The notes under the pieces: model-generated
Database searches by the model: none
Told to the model about the DNA's origin: nothing
Seen by the model: only the letters and a program-made list of their open reading frames with translations
Assembly (NCBI GenBank): GCA_026417895.1
Contig: JAOACJ010000009.1
Coordinates: 2,128 to 66,127 of the forward strand
DNA length: 64,000 bases
Source of the DNA: Patescibacteria group bacterium
GTDB taxonomy: Bacteria > Patescibacteriota > Patescibacteriia > UBA2591 > CALHIP01
Direction of reading: 5' to 3'
Part shown: piece after piece, positions 30,144 to 40,043 of the stretch
Numbering within the stretch: position 1 is the first letter of the stretch
Layout of the letters: each line of letters opens with the position of its first letter
Made by a program: the position numbers and the translations under genes

Positions 30144-31475
30144 TTAAAAAGAATAAAATTTATCAAAAAAATATTTTCTTAAATTTTTAATCTCTACCCT
30201 CTCTTGTTTCATCGTATCACGATCGCGAACGGTTACCTTTTGATCATTTATACTTTCAAAGTCAATAGTAACGGCATAAGGTGTGCCAATTTCATCTTGG
30301 CGACGATAACGGCGACCAATCGAATCTGTTTCATCGTAATCAACGAGCCAATATTTTTTTAAATCTTGATAAATTTCTTGGGCTAATTTAATTAACGGCT
30401 CTTTTTTCACTAAAGGGAAAATAGCAATTTTTATGGGGGCTAAATTTTTATCTAATTTTAAAACCACTTCTACTTCTTTACTGGCCTTAGTTGTTGTTGT
30501 CCGTCCGCCTTTTACCTCTTGATAAGCATCAATCAAAAAAGTCAAAAGTGCCCGGTCAATGCCACCGGAAGTTTCGATAATATAGGGAATATATCTCTCT
30601 TGAGTGATTGGATCAAAGTAAGAAAGATCTTGTCCAGAATATTTGCTATGACGAGATAAATCCCAATCACCACGGTTGTGAATACCTTCAATCTCTTGCC
30701 AACCGAAGGGAAAATGATAGACAATATCGCAACCGGCCTTGGCATAATGAGCTAATTCTTCTTTCTTGTGTTCCTGAAGTTTAATATTTTCTTTTTTAAT
30801 ACCTAGATTCAAATACCAATTTAATCTCTCTTTCTTCCAATATTCATACCATTTTTCTGCTTCTGATGGTCTGACAAAAAATTGCATCTCCATTTGTTCA
30901 AATTCGCGGGTACGGAAAATAAAATTGCTTGGCGTAATTTCGTTGCGAAATGATTTGCCGATCTGAGCGATACCAAAAGGAATTTTCAGTCGACTAACAT
31001 TTAAGACATTTAAAAAATTCATATAAATTCCTTGACAAGTTTCGGCTCGTAAATAAGTCACAGCACTTTCATCTTCAATTGGTCCAACATAAGTTTTCAT
31101 CATTAAATTAAATTTACGAGCTGGCAAAAATTCACCGCCACAAACCGGACACCTATTCCCTGTCTCAGTCTCTTTAAATCTTTTATGGCAATTTTTACAT
31201 TCAACTAAACAATCAGCAAAACCAGCCGAGAGGTGGCCACTCGCCTCCCAAACTTTTGGGTTCATCAGAATAGCAGCATCAAGACCAACGATTTCTTTTC
31301 TTTCTTGAACGATATTTTTCCACCAAACTTTTTTAAGGTTATTTTTTAATTCCACGCCTAATGGTCCGTAATCATACCCACTCTCAAAACCACCATAGAT
31401 TTCTGAAGAAGGAAAGATAAAACCACGCCGTTTAGAAAGCGAAATTATTTTTTCCATTAAAGATTCATTAGTCAT
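30144..31475 (-). CDS. glyQS: Glycine--tRNA ligase (homodimeric type)
   Basis: KRRGFIFPSSEIYGG, LRAETCQG, GKSFRNEITP, REFEQME, SIGRRYRRQDEIGTP. Confidence 0.96.
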   Translation of the reverse strand: MTNESLMEKIISLSKRRGFIFPSSEIYGGFESGYDYGPLGVELKNNLKKVWWKNIVQERKEIVGLDAAILMNPKVWEASGHLSAGFADCLVECKNCHKRFKETETGNRCPVCGGEFLPARKFNLMMKTYVGPIEDESAVTYLRAETCQGIYMNFLNVLNVSRLKIPFGIAQIGKSFRNEITPSNFIFRTREFEQMEMQFFVRPSEAEKWYEYWKKERLNWYLNLGIKKENIKLQEHKKEELAHYAKAGCDIVYHFPFGWQEIEGIHNRGDWDLSRHSKYSGQDLSYFDPITQERYIPYIIETSGGIDRALLTFLIDAYQEVKGGRTTTTKASKEVEVVLKLDKNLAPIKIAIFPLVKKEPLIKLAQEIYQDLKKYWLVDYDETDSIGRRYRRQDEIGTPYAVTIDFESINDQKVTVRDRDTMKQERVEIKNLRKYFFDKFYSF

Positions 31476-31529
31476 ATTTAATTATTTTAACAAAGTTAAT
31501 AAAAAAAGGAAGGATATTTTTTATCTATC

Positions 31530-32612
31530 CTAAAATTTTCCAAGCTTAATTAATGAGGCAAAGATTTTTTCTCTTGAATTTTTGAGTATTATTTCTTTCA
31601 TTCTTTCTCCTAAATTTTTTCTCTCCTCCTGATGGTCAATCATTTTTTTAATTTCGTGAAAAAGTTTTTCGTCGGTTAATTCTTTTTGATTCAAAACTAT
31701 CACTGCTTTTTTTTCAGCAAAATATTTGGCATTTGCTTCTTGGTGAGAGTTGGGAATGGGAATAACTATTGTTGGTTTGCCTAAAACTGCTAATTCAGAA
31801 AGAACATTGATCCCTGCCCGAGAAACAACTAAATCCGCTACAGCATAAGCATCAGCTATTTCATCAGTCAAAAATTCATAAGTATGATATCTAAAATTTT
31901 TAATTTTTGATGGCCAATTACCAATTTTTGCCTTTCCTGGACCGGTCAGATGAATAATTTGACAAATTTTTGTTAACCTTTCAAGGTTTCGCCAAATCAA
32001 TTCATTCAAGATCGCGGCACCGGTCCCGCCACCCAAAACCAATAAAGTTGGTAAATTTTTTTCTAAGTTAAATTTTTGTATGGCTTTTTCTTTGTCACCT
32101 TTAAAAATCATTTCTCTGATTGGCTGACCGGTTAAAATAGTTTTACCTTTCGGAAAATCATTTAAAGACTTATCAAAAGAAACGGTAATTTTTTTGGCGA
32201 AAGGAATTAAAATTTTATTAGTCAAGCTGGGAATAATATCTTGCTGATGAATCAAGGAAGGAATTTTTAAGAACCAGCCAGCAATAACCACTGGGACGGC
32301 GACGAAACCACCGGCTGAAATAATCATTTTTGGCCGAAAAGAAAGCAGTAAAAATAGCGCCTGCCAGAAACCTAAAAAAATGAGAAGGGGATCAAGAAAA
32401 TTTCTTAAGGAAAAATATCGTCGAAGTTTACCAGCAAAAATTCCTTTAAAAGAGAAATGATAATCTTGAACCATCTCTTTTTCCGGCTTTCCTTTTCGCG
32501 TGCCAATAAATAAAAATTCTGTTTCTGGTTTTCTTTTTCTAATTTCTTCGGCGATGGCTAAAAGTGGCGCCACGGAACCACCACTACCACCGCCGGTTAA
32601 AACCACCTTCAT
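31530..32612 (-). CDS. murG: Lipid II GlcNAc transferase
   Basis: TGGGSGG, GKLRRY, GGFVAVP, LGGGTGA, SRAG, HQEANA. Confidence 0.93.
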   Translation of the reverse strand: MKVVLTGGGSGGSVAPLLAIAEEIRKRKPETEFLFIGTRKGKPEKEMVQDYHFSFKGIFAGKLRRYFSLRNFLDPLLIFLGFWQALFLLLSFRPKMIISAGGFVAVPVVIAGWFLKIPSLIHQQDIIPSLTNKILIPFAKKITVSFDKSLNDFPKGKTILTGQPIREMIFKGDKEKAIQKFNLEKNLPTLLVLGGGTGAAILNELIWRNLERLTKICQIIHLTGPGKAKIGNWPSKIKNFRYHTYEFLTDEIADAYAVADLVVSRAGINVLSELAVLGKPTIVIPIPNSHQEANAKYFAEKKAVIVLNQKELTDEKLFHEIKKMIDHQEERKNLGERMKEIILKNSREKIFASLIKLGKF

Positions 32613-32637
32613 ATAATTATTTTAACGATTGAGTAAT

Positions 32638-33741
32638 TTATAATTCTTGAGTTTTTTTAGAAATATTCACCAAGATACCAAAAGCGGCTAAATTGGCTAT
32701 TAAAGCGCTGCCACCATAACTAATTAAAGGTAAGGGAACACCAGTTAAAGGTAAAAGTTTGAGCATTGCCCCAATATTGATAAAAGTTTGAAAGCCAAAC
32801 CAAGAAACAATGCCAACCCCGACTAATCGAGAAAAGAGATCGGGGGCATTTTTAGCAATTTTTAAACCACGCCAGATTAAAAGAAAAAACAAGACAACCA
32901 CTAAACTAGTCAAAACAAACCCCAACTCTTCAGCCATCACGGCAAAAATAGAATCACCAAAAACTTCTGGCAGGTAGAAAAATTTCTGACCAGAACGGCC
33001 AAGTCCCCGGCCAAACAAACCACCAGAACCAATGGCAATTAGAGCTTGTTGAAGATGATAAGAGATTCCTTGTGGCTCAAGACCAGGAGAAATAAAGGTT
33101 AAAAGTCGGTTTTTGAGATAGGGAAAGAATTTAAGAAAAAGAGGTGAAAAGATAGCTAACAAGCAAAAAACGAGAAATAAATAAATCAAATTAGCACCAG
33201 CAACAAAATAGATTGAGAGAGAAATTAAGAGGACAATCATTAAACCACTAAAATTGGGTTGTTTAATAATTAAAAAAGAAATAAGGCCCAAGATAAAAAT
33301 AAATGGTAAGAAGGTAGAAGAAAAATTTTTAATTGTCGCCTCTTTTTTCTCAAAAAAGTAAGCCAAAAATAAAATGAGGCTTAATTTTAAAACTTCGATT
33401 GGCTGAAAAGAAAAGACTCTCAAATTAAGCCAACGATGAGCTTGGCCCTTAATACCTAAGCCAGGAATAAAAACAGCCAGAAGAAGCACAATGGAAAAAA
33501 TAAGTGAAAGGAGGCTCAATTTTCGCCAGAATTGATAACGAATTAAAGCAAAAATAAAGAAAAATAATAGGCCTGGCAAAAGGCCGTAAAAAATCTGGTG
33601 TTTTAAATAATAATCTGGATCTTGGAAGTTTTTATAACCCATGACCCAACTGGCTGAGGCTAAAAAAATTAGACCAATGATTAAAAGAATAAAAATTAAA
33701 ACGATTAAAAAATAATCTGGCGCATGAGGTGTTTTTTTCAT
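32638..33741 (-). CDS. ftsW: SEDS peptidoglycan polymerase FtsW
   Basis: FQPIEVLK, AIGSGGLFGRGLG.S.QK..YLPE..DSIFAVMAEELG, TGVPLPLISYGGS; located between murD and murG. Confidence 0.9.
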   Translation of the reverse strand: MKKTPHAPDYFLIVLIFILLIIGLIFLASASWVMGYKNFQDPDYYLKHQIFYGLLPGLLFFFIFALIRYQFWRKLSLLSLIFSIVLLLAVFIPGLGIKGQAHRWLNLRVFSFQPIEVLKLSLILFLAYFFEKKEATIKNFSSTFLPFIFILGLISFLIIKQPNFSGLMIVLLISLSIYFVAGANLIYLFLVFCLLAIFSPLFLKFFPYLKNRLLTFISPGLEPQGISYHLQQALIAIGSGGLFGRGLGRSGQKFFYLPEVFGDSIFAVMAEELGFVLTSLVVVLFFLLIWRGLKIAKNAPDLFSRLVGVGIVSWFGFQTFINIGAMLKLLPLTGVPLPLISYGGSALIANLAAFGILVNISKKTQEL

Positions 33742-35108
33742 ATTTTTTCTACTGCCTGAATAAATTTTTTGGCTCGGTCATAAATATTTTGAAAAAGACC
33801 AAAGCTGGCACAACCGGGCGAAAGAAGAACAACATCGCCCTTCTCAGCAATTTTTTTTGCTTTACCCACTGCTTCTTTCATAGTCTTCGCTTCAATGAAT
33901 AATTTATAGCCAACCATCAATAACTCTTTTTTTATCTTAGGGGTAGCTGTACCGGGAAGAAGAATGACTTTCTTACACCTTTTTTTAATTTCTTGAGCAA
34001 ATTTTTTGAAATTTAATTTTTTATCAGCGCCGCCAGAAATAAGAATAATCCGACCAGTCGGAAAATTATTTAAAGCATTGATAGCGGCTTCAGGAATCGT
34101 GGCTGTCGTATCATTATAATATTTTACTCCTTCCACTTTTCGAATCAGTTCTAATCGATTGGCTAAACTTTTAAAATTTTTTACCGCCATTTTAATTGCT
34201 CTCAAAGAAAGGTTAGCGACAATGCCAACAGAAACAGCCGCTAAGATATTTTCTAAATTGCAATTATTCTTTATCTCTTTTAGAGCAATAATTTTTTTCT
34301 CTCTGCCTTGAAAGCGAGTAAATATTTTTTGATTTTTGATAAAAACACTATTATTGTTCTTTAAAAATTTTTTAGAAAAATAAAAAACCTGGCTTTTTGC
34401 CTCAGTAGCAAATCTTCTCACCAAAGGGTTGTCATAATTTAAAATAACAAAGTCATTTTTCTTTTGCCATTTTAAAATTAATTTTTTTGCTCTCAGATAT
34501 TCTTGAAAATTTTTATAACGATCAAGATGATCTTGAAAAATAGTTGTCACAACCGCCACGGCTGGACTTCGTTTTAAATGAGCCAAATCTTCAAGCTGCC
34601 ATGAAGAAAGTTCTAAAACGGCTAAAGGATAATTTTGATCTAAATAAGAAAGTGGTGATTGGCCAATATTTCCGCCTAAAAAGACTTTTTGACCAGCCTT
34701 TTTAAAAAGTTGGTAAATTAAAAAAGTTGTCGTTGATTTTCCTTTTGTACCGGTGACGCCAATAATTTTACCCTTAAATAATCTAAAAAAAATAGAAATG
34801 TCTGTTTCAATTGGAATTTTATTTTTTCTGGCAATTTTTAAAAATTTTGATTCTTTGGGCACGCCGGGGTTCTTGATAATCAAATCAGCCTTCTTAAAAT
34901 CTTCTTCTCGATGTCTACCTAAAATATATTTAACCGATAAACCTTTTAAGTCATTTAACGATTTTTTTAATTGATTTTTTGTTTTTAAATCGGTCACTAA
35001 AACTCGAGCACCTTTCTTGACCAACCATTTGGCCGTTTCTACCCCCCCGCCTAATAAACCAAGACCCATAACCACCACCTTTTTATTTTTGAGATTTTGA
35101 AAATCCAT
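33738..35108 (-). CDS. murD: UDP-MurNAc-L-Ala--D-Glu ligase
   Basis: GVTGTKGKSTT, GGNIG, ELSSWQL, DHLDRY, YNDTTAT, LLSPGCASF. Confidence 0.94.
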   Translation of the reverse strand: MDFQNLKNKKVVVMGLGLLGGGVETAKWLVKKGARVLVTDLKTKNQLKKSLNDLKGLSVKYILGRHREEDFKKADLIIKNPGVPKESKFLKIARKNKIPIETDISIFFRLFKGKIIGVTGTKGKSTTTFLIYQLFKKAGQKVFLGGNIGQSPLSYLDQNYPLAVLELSSWQLEDLAHLKRSPAVAVVTTIFQDHLDRYKNFQEYLRAKKLILKWQKKNDFVILNYDNPLVRRFATEAKSQVFYFSKKFLKNNNSVFIKNQKIFTRFQGREKKIIALKEIKNNCNLENILAAVSVGIVANLSLRAIKMAVKNFKSLANRLELIRKVEGVKYYNDTTATIPEAAINALNNFPTGRIILISGGADKKLNFKKFAQEIKKRCKKVILLPGTATPKIKKELLMVGYKLFIEAKTMKEAVGKAKKIAEKGDVVLLSPGCASFGLFQNIYDRAKKFIQAVEKI

Positions 35109-35124
35109 AGATTATATTCTACCA

Positions 35125-35149
35125 AAAAATCGCCTTTTTGGCGACTTTT
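35125..35149 (-). terminator. Possible terminator after mraY
   Basis: Minus strand AAAAGTCGCC-AAAAA-GGCGATTTTTT. Confidence 0.45.
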
Positions 35150-35189
35150 AATAATACGAGACAAGATTGAGTGTAACTGCATCTAAAAA

Positions 35190-36239
35190 TCAAACCAACA
35201 ATCTCTCAATCAAAAATATCATTAGACCGAAAGCAGCGCAAATACCACCAATAAGCCAAAAGCGCATAACAATTTTTGGCTCAGGTAGTCCTCTTGCCTC
35301 TAAATGATGATGAAGAGGGGTAGAAAGAAAAACTTTACGGTGAAAAATTTTTTTAGAAATAACTTGAATAATGACGGAAAGTGATTCTAAAACAAAAGGG
35401 AAACAAATAATCGGCAGTAAAATCACGGTGTTAGTTAGCATGGCAATAACACCCAGGGTAACACCTAAACCCATTGCCCCCGTATCGCCCATAAAAAACC
35501 TGGCTGGATAAATGTTATGCCAAAGAAAAGCAATCAGGCCGCCAATAATTACCCCACAGAAAGTAGCCAAATTAGTCTTTTCTTGTAAAAAGGCAATGAG
35601 ACCATAACTTAAAAAAGCAATTAACAATAAACCACCAGCCAAGCCATCTAATCCGTCCGTTTCATTGACGGAAAATGAAGTGGCGACAATGACAAAAATA
35701 AAAAGTGGAATGTACCACCAACCGATTTCAAAATTGCCAAGAAATGGAAGGTGAATAGTTGTCCATTCTAGTTTATCAAAAAACCACCAGGCACCAATAG
35801 CGGCGATTAAGGTATAAAGAATTAAACGATGCCTCATTCTTAAACCACCCTTACCCAACTCACCCTTTCTGACATCGATTAAATCATCAATTAAGCCAAC
35901 TATAGCTGAGGCAACTAAAACACCTAAAGGTAGAAATGTTTCTTTTCGCACTAAAAAATTTAAAATTTTAAAAATTTCATGACCAGTCGTCTGCCAAAGA
36001 AAAAAAATTATCAGAATTAAAAAAAGAGTCGTTAACCAAATAATCAATCCGCCCATCGTCGGGGTACCAGCTTTTTTCTGATGAAGTTGAGTATAGATTG
36101 GCGTCTGGCCATTATTACGAATCTTTTTGCCAAGTTTGTATTTATAAAGAAAGTTAATTAAAAACGGCAGCCAGGCAATGGCTAAAAGAAAAGCAACAAT
36201 CGTTAAAAAAATAATTTTAATAATAGCCAGCAATTCCAT
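35190..36239 (-). CDS. mraY: Phospho-MurNAc-pentapeptide transferase
   Basis: KAGTPTMGG, GLIDD, VNETDGLDGL, FMGDTG, PLHHHLE. Confidence 0.96.
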   Translation of the reverse strand: MELLAIIKIIFLTIVAFLLAIAWLPFLINFLYKYKLGKKIRNNGQTPIYTQLHQKKAGTPTMGGLIIWLTTLFLILIIFFLWQTTGHEIFKILNFLVRKETFLPLGVLVASAIVGLIDDLIDVRKGELGKGGLRMRHRLILYTLIAAIGAWWFFDKLEWTTIHLPFLGNFEIGWWYIPLFIFVIVATSFSVNETDGLDGLAGGLLLIAFLSYGLIAFLQEKTNLATFCGVIIGGLIAFLWHNIYPARFFMGDTGAMGLGVTLGVIAMLTNTVILLPIICFPFVLESLSVIIQVISKKIFHRKVFLSTPLHHHLEARGLPEPKIVMRFWLIGGICAAFGLMIFLIERLLV

Positions 36240-36287
36240 AGCTCAATAGGGCTAAATCTCTAATATTTGTCATTTGGATTTTGAAAT

Positions 36288-37295
36288 TTAGATTTTCTTT
36301 AACTTCTTTAAAATGTACTCTACCATTTCCACATACCGACAAGCATAACCCCATTCATTATCATACCAGGCAACAACTTTAATGAGGTTTCTGTTAACCA
36401 TCGTTAAGGAAAGATCAATAATGGCGGAATAAGGACTCCCCTTTAAGTCAACGGAAACCAAAGGTTCTTCAATGACTGATAAAATTCCTTTTAATCGACC
36501 AGTTGTTGCTTTCTTAAACAGATTGTTTAATTCATTTTGATTAGTCTCTTTCTTCACTACACAAATTAAGTCAAGAAGACTAACGGTTGGCACTGGTACT
36601 CTTAAAGCAAGACCGTCTAATTTTCCTTTCAGTTCTGGTATGACTTCATTGATGGACTTGGCAGCACCAGTTGAGGTGGGAATAATTGATAAATTTGCTG
36701 CCCTTGCCCTTCTTAAATCTTGATGAGAAAGGTCAAGCAGTCGCTGATCATTGGTGTAGGCATGAGTAGTGGTAAAAAATCCTTTCTGAATAATAAAATT
36801 CTGATGGATAATTTTGACGATTGGCGCTAAACAATTGGTCGTACAAGAAGAATTAGAAATAATTAAATCTTTTTTCGGATTAAACTTTTCTTCGTTAACG
36901 CCCAAAATATAAGTTGGAATGTCTGGAGTTTTCGGTGGGGCAGAAATAATCACTCTTTTTGCGCCGGCCTGAAGGTGTTTTTCGGCCCCTTCTCGATGGG
37001 TGAAAACTCCTGAAGATTCTAAAACAATATCAATGCCAAGCTCTCTCCAGGGTAAATTGGCTGGATCTTTTTCGGCAAAAACTTTTATCTTTTTTCCGTC
37101 AACGATAAGATTTTTTTCGTCAAAACTGACTTCTTTTTCGTAGCGACCATAGAGAGAATCGTACTTTAAAAGATGGGCTAAAACCTTTGTTTCGGTTAGA
37201 TCATTAATAGCAACAATCTTAAGACCCTTTTCTAAGGCAATTCTGAAGGCTAATCGACCAATCCGGCCAAAACCATTGATGGCAATTTTAGTCAT
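36288..37295 (-). CDS. gap: Type I glyceraldehyde-3-phosphate dehydrogenase
   Basis: INGFGRIGR, SSCTTNCLAP, IPTSTGAAK, WYDNEWGY. Confidence 0.97.
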   Translation of the reverse strand: MTKIAINGFGRIGRLAFRIALEKGLKIVAINDLTETKVLAHLLKYDSLYGRYEKEVSFDEKNLIVDGKKIKVFAEKDPANLPWRELGIDIVLESSGVFTHREGAEKHLQAGAKRVIISAPPKTPDIPTYILGVNEEKFNPKKDLIISNSSCTTNCLAPIVKIIHQNFIIQKGFFTTTHAYTNDQRLLDLSHQDLRRARAANLSIIPTSTGAAKSINEVIPELKGKLDGLALRVPVPTVSLLDLICVVKKETNQNELNNLFKKATTGRLKGILSVIEEPLVSVDLKGSPYSAIIDLSLTMVNRNLIKVVAWYDNEWGYACRYVEMVEYILKKLKKI

Positions 37296-37306
37296 AATTT
37301 TAATTT

Positions 37307-38131
37307 TTAACTTTTAATTTTTAATTTTTCTAATGGTACTTCTATAATTTTATCTTGATCAATTTTTAGGTCAACGGTTTCTTTTAAAATATGCCAACCA
37401 ACCACCTCTCCTTCTTGATTGTCAATTTTAACTTTTGTTCCAATGAGAGGGAAGTTTTTCGCTAATTCTTTATAGACTTCTGTTTCAAATGAAAGACAAC
37501 ATTTAAGACGACCACAAAGACCAGAAAGTCTCTCTACTCCCCGATGGTCAAGATTCTGTTCTTTAATTAAACTAGTCATGACGCCACCTAAATTTTTTAA
37601 AAAGGCAACACAACAAAGTTTCTGACCACAGGGACCAAAGCCAGAAAAAAATTTCATTTCTTCCCTTGGTCCAACTTGATGCATTCTAATTGATTTATGA
37701 AACTCTTTTGATAAATCTTTGACTAAATTACGAAAATCAATTCTTTCTGCAGAAGAAAAGGCAAAAACGATTTGTCCAGCATCAAGCGAAAGATGAGCGT
37801 CAATCAATTTCATTGGTAGATGATGTTTTTTGACAATGGCACTTGCTTTGATTAAAATTTCTTTCACTCTTTTCTTTTTTTCTTCCATCTTTTTAAGATC
37901 GGCATGATTTGCTTTTCGAACCAGCAAATTTCCTTTTTCTTCTTTTACCTTTTCTTCATCTTTTGTCTTTTCTAAAATCTCGACTATTCTGCCTAAATCA
38001 GTATGTGAGTCAATTTTTACGACAAACCAGTTGCCAATTTTAAGGTCGGTAATTTTAATTTTTTTTGTCAAAGAAGAATCAGAAAATTCAAAAATTTTAT
38101 CCCAGGGAGCAAGTTTAATTTGCACGACCAT
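37307..38131 (-). CDS. PSP1/RicT (YaaT) family Fe-S protein
   Basis: RIDFRNLVKDL..F..IRMHQVGPR, GPCGQKLCC, SGLCGRLKCCLSFE. Confidence 0.85.
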   Translation of the reverse strand: MVVQIKLAPWDKIFEFSDSSLTKKIKITDLKIGNWFVVKIDSHTDLGRIVEILEKTKDEEKVKEEKGNLLVRKANHADLKKMEEKKKRVKEILIKASAIVKKHHLPMKLIDAHLSLDAGQIVFAFSSAERIDFRNLVKDLSKEFHKSIRMHQVGPREEMKFFSGFGPCGQKLCCVAFLKNLGGVMTSLIKEQNLDHRGVERLSGLCGRLKCCLSFETEVYKELAKNFPLIGTKVKIDNQEGEVVGWHILKETVDLKIDQDKIIEVPLEKLKIKS

Positions 38132-38139
38132 AGATTAAT

Positions 38140-38721
38140 CTAAATTTCAAACCTGATAAATCTTTTAATTTGAATATTTTCTCTTAATTTGGCAATCTTA
38201 TTTTTAATCAAATCGACAATTTTTATTTTTTCATCTTTAATAAACGGTTGGTTTAAAAGGCAAACTGTTTCGTAAAATTTTTCTAATTTTCCTTCAATAA
38301 TTTTCTCTAAAATTTTAGTCGGTTTTTTTTCTCTCGCCAGCTCAGCTTGATAAATTTCTTTTTCTTTTTCTACAATCTCATGAGGAATATCTTCCGGTCT
38401 TAAGTAAAGAGGGTTCGTCGCCGCCACTTGCATGGCTAAATCATGAGCTAATTCTTTAAATTCTTTATTTCTAGCAACGAAATCTGTCTCACAAGTTAGC
38501 TCAACTAGGGCAGCGATTTTTTCATTAGAATGAAGGTAGACGCCGATGATGCCTGATTTGGTCAATCGATTGGTTTTAGAAGCAATAATTTTTTGCCCTC
38601 TTTTTCTCAAAACTTCTTCAGCCTTAACAAGATCGCCTTTTGTTTCTGCTAAGGCTCTCTGACAATCCTGAAAGCCGGCGCCGGTTTTTTCTTTTAATTG
38701 TTTAATTAAATTAAATTCCAT
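38140..38721 (-). CDS. tsf: Elongation factor Ts (short form)
   Basis: IKQLKEKTGAGFQDC, ELTCETDFVARN, IEGKLEKFY..CLLNQPFIKD. Confidence 0.95.
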   Translation of the reverse strand: MEFNLIKQLKEKTGAGFQDCQRALAETKGDLVKAEEVLRKRGQKIIASKTNRLTKSGIIGVYLHSNEKIAALVELTCETDFVARNKEFKELAHDLAMQVAATNPLYLRPEDIPHEIVEKEKEIYQAELAREKKPTKILEKIIEGKLEKFYETVCLLNQPFIKDEKIKIVDLIKNKIAKLRENIQIKRFIRFEI

Positions 38722-38732
38722 AATTTTCAATT

Positions 38733-40043
38733 TTAAAAGGGTAATATTTTTTCTATCTGTCTAAATGTCTTTTGGTCAAATTCATTTCTTACTTTTACAA
38801 TTGGTTTATTTGATTGAATCAGGCGAGAAAGATCAGCTGAAGTAACGGCTAAAACAGTATCACATTGTGCTCGATTGATGGTTTTTTCTAAATCTTTCAT
38901 TTGTTTCTGGCTATAACCCATTGTTGGGACAACTTGAAGGTAAGGATATTTTTGAAATGTTTTCTTAATCTCTCCGACAACAAAATTTTGAGGCGAAATA
39001 ATTTTTTTAGCTTTAAATTTTTTAGCTAATAAGAGACCATAGCTTTCAGCCTCACCATGAGTAATTGTTGGCGCGTCCTCTACGATTAAAACATTTTTCC
39101 CTTTAATTAATTCTGGCTGAGAAAGTTTTGTTTCTGATTTAGCTTGAATAATTTTTGCCTTTTGATTTAAAAGACGAATATTCTCAATCATCTTTCTGGC
39201 TGATTTTTTTGAAGCGGTCGAAATTTTTGAAATAATAACTAAATCAGAAAGAATTAAATTTATAGCGCTTGGCCAATAATTAAGCTCATCACCAACCCGA
39301 TGTGGATCTGCCACTGTAATATAGAAATTTGGTTGAATAAAGGAAAAATCATTATTACCCCCATCCCACAAGATAATCTCAGCCTCTTTTTCTGCTGCTT
39401 TTAAAATCTTTTGATAATCAATGCCGGCATAAATTGAAGCACCGTCCTCAAGATATGGCTCGTATTCCTCTCTTTCTTCAATGGTTGCTCGATAATAATT
39501 TAAATCTTCGTAAGTAGAAAATTTTTGAACCTCCTGTCTTTTCAAATTAGGATCGTAGGGCATGGGATGACGGATAACAGCCACCCGATAATCCCTTTTT
39601 CTTAAGATTTTTAAAACGGTTCTCGAAACCATCGATTTGCCAGCTCCGGTCCTCGTTGCACAAACAGCAATAACCTTTCTTCTCGAAATAATCATCGTTT
39701 GTCTCGGTCCTAATAATCTAAAACTCGCCCCTACCGCCATAGCTGAAGAAGCAAGGTTCATAATTTTTTGGTAAGAAACATCGGAATAAGAGAAGACAAT
39801 TTCATCAACTTTAAATTTTTTCACTAATTTAACTAAATCTTTTTCTGGATAAATAGGAATGCCTCGCGGATAGAGTTTGCCAGCTAAAGAAGCTGGATAA
39901 TGTCTCTTTTCAATGCCGGGAATTTGAGCAGCGGTAAAACAGACGACTCTATATTCAGGGTTGTCTTTAAAATAAACTAAAAAATTATGAAAATCTCGTC
40001 CGGCCGCACCAATGATAATAATTTTTTTAATTTTTTGTAGCAT
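38733..40043 (-). CDS. P-loop NTPase of the cDPG-synthetase-like family, probable ArcE arginine synthetase
   Basis: Start MLQKIKKIIIIGAAGRDFHNF; RTGAGKS Walker A; RHPMPY; TIEEREEYEP; WDGGNND; EDAPTITHG. Confidence 0.7.
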   Translation of the reverse strand: MLQKIKKIIIIGAAGRDFHNFLVYFKDNPEYRVVCFTAAQIPGIEKRHYPASLAGKLYPRGIPIYPEKDLVKLVKKFKVDEIVFSYSDVSYQKIMNLASSAMAVGASFRLLGPRQTMIISRRKVIAVCATRTGAGKSMVSRTVLKILRKRDYRVAVIRHPMPYDPNLKRQEVQKFSTYEDLNYYRATIEEREEYEPYLEDGASIYAGIDYQKILKAAEKEAEIILWDGGNNDFSFIQPNFYITVADPHRVGDELNYWPSAINLILSDLVIISKISTASKKSARKMIENIRLLNQKAKIIQAKSETKLSQPELIKGKNVLIVEDAPTITHGEAESYGLLLAKKFKAKKIISPQNFVVGEIKKTFQKYPYLQVVPTMGYSQKQMKDLEKTINRAQCDTVLAVTSADLSRLIQSNKPIVKVRNEFDQKTFRQIEKILPF

